From NCBI GenBank assembly GCA_030141605.1, contig JAQGDQ010000687.1, positions 48,675-112,674 on the forward strand: a DNA stretch of 64,000 nt. The letters run 5' to 3'. Origin of the DNA: Tubiluchus corallicola (Eukaryota > Animalia > Priapulida). The notes beneath the pieces are model-generated. The model made no database searches, was not told where the DNA came from, and worked only from the letters and a program-made list of their open reading frames with translations. Made by a program: the position numbers and the translations under genes. Shown piece by piece: positions 24,701-36,500 of this stretch (position 1 is its first letter; every line of letters starts with the position of its first letter).

Positions 24701-27700
24701 CGTGAAAGAGAAAATAACGCACTCATTTTATATACATATATTTTCAGCTTTTGAAGTGGTTAGCAGAACTTTAAAAAATACGTCTGACATTACATCGGCT
24801 AACATTTTTAATTGTACGTTGTATATGAGACTATAACTTAATTTAAACATGATTACACAAAATATCAAATTTCATAGTTAGAGACTTAGTGGGTCAACGC
24901 AGTCTCTGAAGTTTACATCTTTTTTTGTAATCGAGTCTTGCCGTAATAACTCGATGACTAGTGTCATTCTAGTGCAACTATAAAAAATTCTCCCGATCGT
25001 CTCTCAAATGCCTATACAAGGCTACAACAACATCAAGGTGCTTTCTTGTTTCGTTGACTGGGAGCACCTAATAATTGCTTTAGTTAATACTATCGTATTC
25101 ATGGTAAGCACTTTGTAAAAACATGACGTCGTCTTCACTATTCATGGTAATGAATAATAGCTACAAGCCTGCAAGTCACAAAGTAGGTGCAGCTAACTAG
25201 ACGCGTGTAAAAACCATGCAGTTTCACTGTGAAATGAACTTTCTTGCTGCATGGGGGAATTTTGAGAAAAAATCGGAAATTTTCTGATTTTCTGACAGAA
25301 TTCTGTGCGTCTTTTTGCGTTGCGTCCTCACTGTAAAATGAGCCTTAGATCACTGTATTGCAATCTGCTATTATTCTTTATGACTGAACTCTTCGTAAGT
25401 TTTAAAAGTAGAGCGATTTTTCTTACTTGATTGCATGCTGGATAGGTGCATGTGCGCTTGTATTTTTAAAACGCTATTAAAAACACTAGACACAAGTAAG
25501 CTACGTTGGCGGGGCCTAAAATATGTTTCTAAATCAGTGATCACATATAAATCTTGGCCAAACCAAACATTTTTGCATGTACTGGTAGCTTAGGACTAGA
25601 AGACACCGCCAATGTGTTGACCTTCGGTACACATGATTTTGCGATTAAGACCGAACAGGCGACGTAACTCCTTTGCTTAGGATAAGGTCATATTTGGTAA
25701 CAGGGTTGACCCGATTGGAATGGATTTTTATTAAGTATATTTAAATCACTAGGCTAAAGTAAGGCACCTGGCTGCGACCAAAATGTAATATTGCGACTTT
25801 ATCGCTTACATATCTTAGTCAAGCCGCAATATTTTTATCCGAGAGCTATGAAAACATTGACCTGATTTTTCATCATTTCTTTATGTTAGGATACAATTTT
25901 TCCATTTCGTAATTAGAGTCACGAAACTTCCAGGGACGACAGCTAGAATAGGAACTCAGATAATAGTGGGGTTAAAAAGCTGGTATTGTTAAAAGACTCG
26001 CCATAGGAGCCAAATGTGGAAATTAGGGCATCTACTTCTAATTCACGTTAACTCGCTAACTCGACACATGAAATTCGCAAGGTAGACACCTGAGAAAGGG
26101 GCTTTGAAACTGGTGTGGTGAGCGGTGACCTCTGTCCAAGGATAAAGGACATTGGACATCAGTCAGATTTTCGATTGCCATTCAAGGTTTTGAGTAATTT
26201 CTTTCGATAAGTGTTTAAGTATTGTGAGGTAGATGTACACCTGGAGTTTTAAAAAACTGTGACTTTTAAAATAGGAGCCAAAATGCATAGCAATGAACTT
26301 TTCTAAAACTATAGTTGTAAAGTCACTAAAGTGTAACTGGAGCCACTAAAGTTGCAGGATAAACGTCTGGAGTAGGGACTCGGGCAAACGATCTGATAAA
26401 AATAAAAAATAAAAGAAATTACGGTTGTTTATTAGTCCGAGACAATCATGTGAAAGTTAGGGCAAACAGATTTGTCCCTCAAGTCGTAACATTAAATAAC
26501 TCCAAAATTATACTACGCAAAGTCACGAAATTTCAAATTAGTCACAAGCATGGTGCACATTGGTTGGTCAGGGTTGATCGTAATATCATGTGGTGATCTT
26601 TGGCCTCGAAATGCTCAATTTTGGTCAGTGTAACTCCTACGTTTTGTAGTTATATAATCGAGCTAGCACATAAAGCTAGAACCTAGCCAATCCTCCCGAT
26701 ATTGCTATATTACAAGTACTGGTAGTATTACGTCATGATAGTTTAATAGATTTGCATTAAATTAAACTTGGTGGTGCAAATTTGTTTGTACGGTATCCCC
26801 CTAAGGTTTGAAATTGTGAATCATCGTAATAGCAGTTGTAATTACAAACTTGGTAGTTATGATAGGTACAGTGATAACTTTTGCTTTGTTAACATGTGTG
26901 ATACTACCAAATCAATCACATGAGCAATTTTGATCATCAACGCCGGAGACAATTTTCTGGTTTGTATCCCGTTCACTTTGTATGGTACCAAAAAGTTTGC
27001 CATCCCGAGAGCCGAATATTTCATTTACAAAAGTTAATCGAATTTTTACCATTGTGAAATGTGAATATTATTGCGCGTGTGTACTGTGTACCCCGTCGTT
27101 TCAGTGCCTAGTTAACCAGCGCGGCTGATCAGAAGCGCCATCTTTTTGTGAATTAATGAATTAGTCTCTCACTTGTTTGCCAGAAAGTGGATTTTAGATT
27201 TTTCGATAAATTGTATCAGCTAATTAGACCGTTAGTAAATCATATTAATCAATCAGTTATTTTGTCGGTCAGGCAGTCAGTTGGTCAGTAAATTAACCAG
27301 TCACTTTAATTAGTAAGGCATTGAAATGGTAAGCTGATCATTGATATTTAATGAGTGGATGACGCTGTGTCAGTCAACCTCCTAGACTAATTAGTTAGTT
27401 AGTCACCGATCACTGGTTTATTCAGACACATCAACAAGTCAAACAACCAATTGTGTCAATCCACTACATGTAATTAGTCAGTAAGCCAGAGCAGTCTGGG
27501 GCATTGGGCCCAGGACGTCACGATTTTAGGGGTCCATGCGGCTATATTATATATGAAAAGTCTTTTCAGTGGCTATATGAATAAGTGTAAATAATTCTAG
27601 ACACTCTACAGAGCAGGTTTAGTGTACTCGGTGATTAACAAAAGAATATCGACAGTGGAATTAAATATATTGTCCAAAAAACACTTTGTGTGGGGATTTA

Positions 27701-28034
27701 GTATTGGTTCAAATTCTTCATGTGATTGATAGCAAGCTAATGTAATAAGCATTAATTCGAGCGATCTGATTTTTTTACGTATAAAGGCATAGTGATGTAA
27801 GCTGATGTCTTGAACATTTGATGTAGAATTCAAGCTAAAAACGCTGTACCGTGTAGCAAGTAGTTTAGCAACAAGGTACATCTAGCACACTAATTTGTTT
27901 CTTTCATTGGGCCAAAAACACTAATAATTCTTAATCGTAGTAAATTAATCGCCTATTCCGTACATTTCAGATGTGTTTTGCCAGACTGCAAGTGTTCTGA
28001 TTCAATTCCACCTATGTTGCCAGATGCAGCTTAA
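21590..28034 (+). CDS. Secreted CBM14 (peritrophin-A) + LDLa protein; N-terminal half of a Serpentine/Vermiform-type chitin deacetylase lacking the catalytic domain (about 185 aa, 5 exons)
   Basis: Exons: 21590-21629 (caaaATG; MLKFAIIFVLSEM|gtgagt); 21908-22011 (AFSLPFGLFPPLAAYDDCDPQIRGQNYSADPTACN|gtatgt); 23399-23567 (VYYRCVAGWPMFALTCPGGTVWTPTVEECLGAEVALNEVCGHFPTVVIEAGTGEQT); 23862-24042 (GSGIENG..FLCVDSSDGIKYVGRRLHCDGKPDCPDGSDEVDCAEPCDRE|gttagt); 27971-28034 (KCVLPDCKCSDSIPPMLPDAA*). All GT-AG and phase compatible, with six-Cys CBM14 spacing, the LDLa DCxDGSDE motif and the CDA linker CD...CxLPDCxCS. Confidence 0.8.
22050..22850 (+). repeat. Dispersed repeat with tandem subrepeats (same family as 6700-7210), in intron 2 of the CBM14-LDLa gene
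   Basis: Repeated cgccatcttgaattcaaaatg, ggcttttctcgaaaatga and gaattcgttct motifs. ORF 22445-22645 is a by-product. Confidence 0.6.
25790..26720 (+). repeat. Probable decayed non-autonomous dispersed element with degenerate subrepeats (gtcacgaaactt/gtcactaaagt)
   Basis: Recurrent agtcacgaaa, taggagccaaa and gtgacctc motifs; ends agctagaacctagccaatc...attgctatattacaagt; no ORF. Confidence 0.35.
27230..27490. repeat. Degenerate tetranucleotide (CAGT/TAGT/CAAT) low-complexity tract
   Basis: aatcaatcagtt, cagtcagttggtcagt and ttagttagttagtc; an opposite-sense counterpart lies at about 50640-51030. Confidence 0.5.
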
Positions 28035-29169
28035 AAAGGTGCTGAGGCCTGAAAATTTCTCTTAACATCTGGTGTGGACTCTATTAATAGATCAACGTGA
28101 AACTAATATAAACAAATTACAAACGGCCGAAAATTGTTAGCGGATTTATTACTTGTTTGTTTAAATTTACAAGCAGGTCTGTTCTAATCTGCATAACTTA
28201 GTTTGCAATAACTTAATAGCTTATCTTCAGATCTAGCACAGTAAAGCGTAGTACTTATGCTAACCACGTTTCTCTGTTTAAAAAAGTTTACCTGTTAATT
28301 TTCTCCGATTGTAAAACTAGTTATATGGCTTTGAAAGCAATATGCAGTTTTATAATGTGTATTTATATTCTAGAAACGCACTAACGGGTTGTAAGTATAA
28401 AGTTCATTTGATTCGGAACGCATAGAATGACGTAAGGAAATATCTTGAAACTACCAAACAACCATAGATGCTGAATGCTATTAAAGCCTGCCAACTGTAA
28501 AATAATCAGTTTATCGTTTATTAAGTAGCAATTGTAGCAGATCACATTAAAACGAAACAATGTAATTATGACAGGTGCCACATAACAATAATAATTATAT
28601 ATCGTAGTGACACTCTAGGAATGTAAATTTTTAGCCATCAATAGCTTCTTGTCTAGACTCTAGATATACCTGTACACATGGAAATTAGTGATATTAAATA
28701 AAAAAGTAAAACAATACACGAAAATGCTTGTGTCTTTTGTTGTAAATAATTGCACATATTTTACCACCTTCATGCTTTAATAGAGGGTTGTCATCAATAC
28801 AAAAGTGGTTTACGTACAAAAATGCCCTCAAATAAATGTTGGTATTTCAAGTAACTTTGTAAATGTGCAAAACAAAAGTATAGTGATAGCAGAACAGTAA
28901 TAACCACAGAGAGTCAACATAAAAACCAAACTGAAATATTTGTACATGTGTACAATACCTATGATTAAGCCCTAATTTATAATAGAATCAATGTATTGGG
29001 ATAACATTATTATGGTGGGAAAACCTAATTTTGATTCACATCCAAATTCTAAAGTTTTGTTATTATAAAGACTTGCTTTGTAATGTAATTAGAAAAACAT
29101 ATAATTTGCTCTGTCAAAACTGTTAATGTTAATACCTAATACACCTAAAGAAAAAACTGGGATATATAT

Positions 29170-29210
<41 letters not shown>

Positions 29211-30538
29211 AAAACATAAGCCTGAAACATATTAGAGAAAATGACGACACAAAAAATTGGTAGCCTTGATAGCATTACACGACAAAAGGCACACTGTTGA
29301 ATATACTTCATTAACACTCTTCACTGAAATTTTTCAAATTAAATTTCGGATGTGAAGGCATTGTAGGGTATGTTATACGATCCCAACACATTGCATTTTC
29401 GTATTCATAGCTGTTGTATCTATATTTTTTCTGATGACTGCTTTTGTGGTTATTGTTATTCTTATCATAGTGCTTTTGTTCAGCACACTTGTTGGAAGTT
29501 TCAACATTTCAATACATTCACTGCCTAATGATAGCTATCAAGTTGCTGAAATTCTGCCTTTTGCAAACAGAGGTTTATTCACCTCGGATTATTTATTAAA
29601 ACGTTATAGGTATTTTCGTAATTATAAATTCATTGGCTTGAAAAAGATAGCCCTTTTTACCAAATTATGTACATTTGTATTAACCTTTATGGTTTTCTTT
29701 AGACCTGTGACTACTTGTTCATCAATATGCAATTTTAATTTAAAATTTCCTAAAGTTTGTAGGCAGACCTGCTCTCCTTTTCGCAACTTGCTTACCAAAA
29801 TGATATAAAAAGTAAAATTGTAGTTTAAAACCTAAACAACATAACTAACAATTTAACAATAATGCAAATGCTTTTTCTAGTTCTAATTAAGCAACTATTT
29901 TTGTATGTACGGTTAATACTAAAAAAGACTGAATGAGAGTTACATGCAGAAAGCAACTGCTTCAATATTCTGGTTGATATTGTTCAACACTACTGTAAAA
30001 GTTACTGAAAATGGGAAATTATTTTTTGTAATGAAGCATCCAATAAATTGTATTGAAGCAGCAACCATACCAGCTAAAAAGTTAAAAAAGTTAATGATGG
30101 TATATGATTGAGCAAAATTTCAAAAGCAAACATAAAATTTCATGGTGGACAATTGTTTCTGAAAGTTAAATGCACACCTTATTATGTAATTTACATGCGA
30201 GTATGTGATAAGCTTTCGTCTTAGGTGTAAGGTGTAACGTAGCAAACATAGACATAAGGGTAAAAAGCCTCAGTTTCCATAGCTAAAATCGAATATGCTA
30301 AGATCAATGTTTCAGAAAACACAACAGTTATGACAACAGCCTTTATACGTCAGTTATTCGAAAGTATTTATTCAAATTACACAACCTAGAGTTAGTTTAC
30401 CCTTGTCCTAACAAATGTCTAAAGCAACAAATCACTGTTTGTAAGTTGTATCACAGCGAATGGGAGTATTCAAAGTTCCTGTGGGAACACTAACAGGCAA
30501 AATTAACAATCAACACACTAAGTTTAATAAACAGTTTG

Positions 30539-33500
30539 TCATACATCACTAGTTGCTACATGGTCCAAATCAACTGCAATACCACTTTCTCTCAAAGCTA
30601 TTTGAAATCTTTCGATACTGTCACTTGTAGCTGATGGTGGTACGGGCGGATTTTCGATTTGAGCATCATCAATTTGCTTATCACTATTTCCGGTAATTTT
30701 TGGTAATGAAGATCTGCGATCCCCAGATGATGTTGATGCTCCTGCAGTTATGGGTTGCACAGGAAGAGGTGACCTCCATCCATTTGGAGCACTTGTGCTA
30801 CTAACAATAGGACATTGAGGCTTTGGTGTAAAGTCAATCAAGTGTGGTTCTTCACTGATAACTAAAGGTTCCTGAAGTTCTTCACCTGTTAGCAAGTCTT
30901 CGTCACTTGAAGAATGTTCACGTGCATCTGTGTCATGAGATATTAAGCTTTTTGTCAAACCAACTGGTAACAACAGTGTATGCTCGAGAGCTGAGTCTAA
31001 ACTTGGTTTTATGGGTTCCTCTTTTCGTTTTTCACTCGTAAGTTCAGAATTTTCAAACATCACAGGCTTCTGTATTTCTAGAAGTGGAGAAATATCACTT
31101 GGTTCATCTGGTGACAAGTCAGCCCCATCACATATGTCATCATTCATAGACTCATTAGCATTTACATACTTTTTAGCACCATTTTGGTTGTCTTTAACCA
31201 AAAGTTTTGGCAAAGAATTGTCAAGCTGAAAAGGCTTCTGTCCATTATATGCACCTTTATTTTGATTACCGACATTTCGTCGTCGAAGTCCTGGAATTAG
31301 AGCTTCCAGTAGTTCGTCAGAGGTCTGGGAAGAGATGTCTTTCATAATAGGTCTTTCTTTTCCTGTTTCAATGCTGTTATGATTGACTGCTTTTTGTAAT
31401 ACTTCCCTACGAGAAAAAAAGAACAATAATTGTGTACAAGAAACACAGAGCTTAACATTTTATCTTTGTTCACATTGCATCTCAGTTTCTAGATAGTTTC
31501 AAACTTTTGTAAAAAATGCAAGTAAATAGATATTTTGGAAAAGAAATTACTTTTAATTTTATTTCTCTGGATGTGTAAACGCAATAATGTAAATATGAGG
31601 TTTCAGAAATTCTTAATTCAAAAGCACATCGTTCAGATACCACAATAAACTGTATTTTTATTACACGAAGAGCAGTTCTACTATCTTACTTGTCAAATTC
31701 CTCAAGGTCTGAGTCTGGCTTCTCTGAGGCCTTGGCATTCTTTTTGAATCTCCCTGGAAGTTGATCAGCTTCGACATGAATAGAATCCTCTCTTTTCAAA
31801 GTTGGGCGATACATTGGTACTGAAGCTAGAAGAAGTGGAAAAATGTATGACTGTTGAAAAGAAGATACGTTTATTGGGATCTGTGACATAATTTTCATTT
31901 CATGTCAACAAAAATTATCAACAAAATATTGCAAAATTATGTATACTTTTTCACTAAATGGCATTTTTTCATGCAGTGTGTGATTATTAATATATTAATT
32001 CACATACAAAACTCTTGCATTAGATGAGCCATGACGATGAAAATTAAAGATGGCTAACAAAATTTGGAAGAGCAAGATGCACTTGCACTGTTTAGTAGAT
32101 GACAAAAAATGACACAAAATCAATCAAACTGGTGTGAGTCCAGAAAAATATTAATAAGGATGCTGCAGTGTATAATCACGGTAATTTTTTTACTACAGCT
32201 TGTTAAAAACTAATTTAATGACAGAATTTTAGATATTCAGCTGTGACAACCCAGAAGTTGGGCCAGAACTGACAAACTAAGGTTTATGCATGTTAGTTTA
32301 ACCTAACAGCTAATTAAATGATAATGAAGGCACTGAATTATTGTGAGTCAACAAGGACTCGAACTCAGAGCCTTGCAATATCATGTCGCATGCTCTATCA
32401 TCTGATCTATCAACTCATATAACAGAGCAGGTCTGAATTTTTACACTAGTAGTATATAGTCAATATTGTAAAAATTCAGCTAATTTAATTATATTTATTA
32501 AAGCTAATTTACCTGGGGGCTTCTTCTGCTGAGTTACTCCATTGTTTTTCTTCGTGATGCGCTTCCAAAATGCTGATTTCTTTGCATCACTATGCTTTTG
32601 GAACTTCCTCTGATCAACTCTGCAAATTCACATCAAGACATAAGACTTACTGAAGCAGCAACAGAAGTAACTATACAATCAAAACAAAGCAAACTCTCAT
32701 ATGTTTCTTTTTAATCAAACAACATGCTACCGATGCTAGAATGCTGTATGAGGTTTACATATTCAAAAACAAGCAATTATAAAATACCAGAACCTAGACC
32801 AGGTACAGATGTCAAACATTAATCTTAAGTAGTAGCTGGCCAGCACTTCATTATTTTATTGGTATCCTACCCTTGTTATCACAAACTAAAACAGAAAATT
32901 GCATATTCAGCACAAATAATAGGATTCTAACTGAATTTTACTTGCATAGCTGAAATAGACCTGCTACTTATGGGCCAAATTTAATGCACTTTGTCTTTGT
33001 CAATAGTATTTTTGTGTTTTTGGTTGTTTTTGGAGTTTGGAGTTAGAAGGTTTTTGGGAGTTTATTGATGACTGTTTTGCGTAATCATCAAGTACTATAT
33101 ACATAACGCTTGCATTTTCCAAGGCTTTGGTAGAAATTCAAACGCAAAGCCATTTCTTGTGAGATAGATGCCATAAACTGTAATGAAATTACTGTCGAAT
33201 TTCTAGTAGGGGTGACACTTCAAATAAAATAAAAATCTACTTACTTTTATTTGTCCTTATAAACATGTTTTTAACTGGTTTAATAACTACCTATGGTTTC
33301 ATTACAAGTAATTTCATAGAGCCTTAGAGCAGTCAATGTGTACAGCCAATTACTCTGATGTTAAATTGACCAATAGTTGTGCAAAATGACTAAACCAGGA
33401 AGCCACAAACTATTGCCAACATCATTTATTTGCAATTGTTCCAATGACTGCTTCAGTGAACATGTACAGATCTCTTAACCAATTCAGATTTGATTACAAA

Positions 33501-36500
33501 TCAATAATTAGGATAGAAGTGATTATCAATAATGTCTAGACTCCTGATGGAATGCATACATGACTGTGAAGTGCTAATGCATTATATAGCTGCTTAATGC
33601 TTAATGCTTAATGTATGCAATGCTTTCAGTGGCACTGCCAGGAAAAATTTTACAGAATAACCTCCATTGTTAGTTTGGGACAGCCAGCATTTGTTGTATG
33701 TGATTACTGTGATATTTTAGAAGGTGCGCGGTAAAAATGGCACAGGTAAAAATGGCACCAAAAGAATGACGCAGGAAATAATGGCACAGTAAAAATGGCA
33801 CAAGAAAAAATGGCACAAATGGAAAAGTAGGCAAAATGGCACAAGTAAAAACGGCACGGTAGCTTTTTTGTATCTCATGGAAAACGCCAAGGAGCTGCAT
33901 TTATGCTTCTCCCAGTGAAAAAATTGAACTAGCGCAGCTCTGCTGATGATGTAGCATGGTGTATCCGCAACTTGTTGTGATACTGTCATATACACAACTG
34001 GGCTAAAATTCAAAATTCAGGAAGAATAACCATAAATAAAATTTTAGCGCAAAAATTGCGTTACGTAATGTAATTGTGATATTTTTATTGAAATGGATAC
34101 AAATCTGAAGATGACTAAACTGCATTGATAAACTATGCACTTAGGCTTAAAATTAAACAAATTAAAAAAAGACAATACCAAAAACTGCATCTGACTAAAT
34201 CTGTCCGAAATGTAAGCACAATATTTTTAACATTAGAAGTCATCATGTTCTAAACTCACGTTTCAAAGCAAACAGACGAGATATTATCTCTCACAGGTCA
34301 AGTCGTGGCAGTTGGAAGGCGTGATCCAGCTTTTTTAGACTGTGCTTTCATTGCTTCAATAATTTTCTGTTGCTTATTGGCAACATCGTACAAGTTTTTA
34401 TATTTTGGTGTCGTATTCCGACACTTTGCATCTTATTGCTGCATTGAACAGCCAGTCTAATTGCCGAATCCTTGTGTAGCACATTCCTCGGCTGTTTTTC
34501 AATTTAAGAACAATCACGATGACCGAAACCGAGCTAATCACGCATTCAATAAACAGTAAGCCTATCTTTAACGATACCGTCATACCGTCACAAGGTACTG
34601 TATGCTGATGCTGCTTGCTGGTGTAAACAAATACTCAAACAATGTTATGTACTGTGCGTACAGTGTAGGTGTTCTCCCCTTGTGACTTATGCCAAGTTTT
34701 ATCTGTAATATGGCAATTTTCACCACCACAGGCACAGGCGCTGGTCCATGCTCAATGGCGGCCTAGTCAAATGTTCTTTTTGTATACAGTTTTATCGGAA
34801 CTTTTGCCAAGGATTCTTAAACATGAAATTTTCGTGAACATTGAGGTATGTATTTGTATTCGCAATGTAATCGCTAGTTATTCAAGCTCAACTTAATTTT
34901 GGCGATATTGCCCCCTTAATAAGCAACTGTTTAAGATGACGTTACACAGTTTTCACAGAATTTTGGAATTGAAACATGGAACTAACTCGTAGTAGTTTCT
35001 CCTCATGAAGATGATAAAAAAAGTACCAAACACACCTTCTGGCTCCAGAGATCTCCTTCAAATGCTTCACGAATGTTTTTTGCATGTGGTGTTCGATCAT
35101 GTTTTGTGAAAACAGAACAGCAAAGAACGTCCATTTTGCCATCCTATACCCCCTTCTCCACAAAGTTTCATGGAAATATGTTAGTAGTTTTTATGTAAAA
35201 AGCTTACAGATATAACAGACAAAAACAACCAACCAAACAAACAAACTGTGTTGAAGCAGTGCCATTTTTGCCTACTTTTCCATTTGAGCCATTTTTACCA
35301 TACCATTTCTTCCAGTGCTATTTTTTCCTGTGCCATTTTTACCTACATTCATTTTAGAAATGTGATCCTCTTGGAATGAACTTGTTACTACATTTGCACA
35401 ATTTCAAAACTTACTACAGATGTTCGGACACAGTTACAGCAACCCTGAAGCATTAAAATTAGGAGAAATTTGAATATATGAAAATCCAAATAAGGCAAAC
35501 TTTTCCATATTTTGAAATGGAGAAAATCAAACAGACTATTAATCAATTCAATCCTTTTGTAGCAAACCCAACAATACAAAATGAATTGAGTTGTGGGTTG
35601 CAATAAAAACTTTTATGTATATTAGTATTACCATGAACATGAGTTAGTTTTGTGATAAATTATATGCACTCCAACTGCAGAGATCACATTTTGGGGCAGG
35701 TGTAAATACAGGGGCGTCGTTCACCAAAAAAAATTAGGGGGGCCCGACTGTATATAATGGCGGAACTTAACTGTTTAAAAAACGTATAATTTTGAATTTC
35801 CACACAGTATTTTGCGTGCAAGAAAAACGATTTATTTATTCCCAACTGGCATTTAACTTAAAGCTATAGCAACGGAAACTTAATTAAAATTAAAAATTAA
35901 ATTAAAATTTAATTAAGTATTTATTAGCTGTCAGGAATCCAAAGATTCGACAAAAAGACGACTACCAAAACATATGTACCTTTAACTTAATATTTTTAAT
36001 AATTACTAAACTTTTTATTCCGAGGCAAGATGAAGATGTTGAACAAACAACAAACGTTATTTTTAAATGATTCAGCAACACAGTCAAAGCCAACAACATA
36101 ACATGAATAAGTTACAGGATGACTATAGGAGTATAGTAGAAAAGCAATGACAGGTATTACACCAAGATAAAGCAAAGAGGTTAAAGCGTAAATGATGAAA
36201 TGTGCTCAAAATCACGCCCTTTTATGCAGCAAACTCGTGGGAAAGAGTCGCTAAGGAGTAGCAAAGAGTCGGTAATGTCCAATCAGGAGGTGGCCCATCA
36301 ATTTGCATCTCCCAAACCGACTCTCTGGTACTAGGCTAGCTCGACAAACTGACTCTCTGGTACCAGGCTAGCTCAACATGACTTAAATGTTTGCATTGTT
36401 TTTGTTTTATTATTTCACTTGTTCACTATTATAACACACTGCTGAATGAAGCTCGAGTGCTAACTGAGCCGTTTTGTTAACTAACAGTCTTTTGTGCAAA

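Noticed and set aside
24320-25350. Palindromic cctcgtgaggaa repeats, possible Harbinger-like MITE
   Set aside because: Termini too degenerate to define and no TSD found.
29434-29808. 124-aa hydrophobic ORF
   Set aside because: Lies antisense to the presumed AT-rich mGluR 3' UTR, with no domain or splice support.
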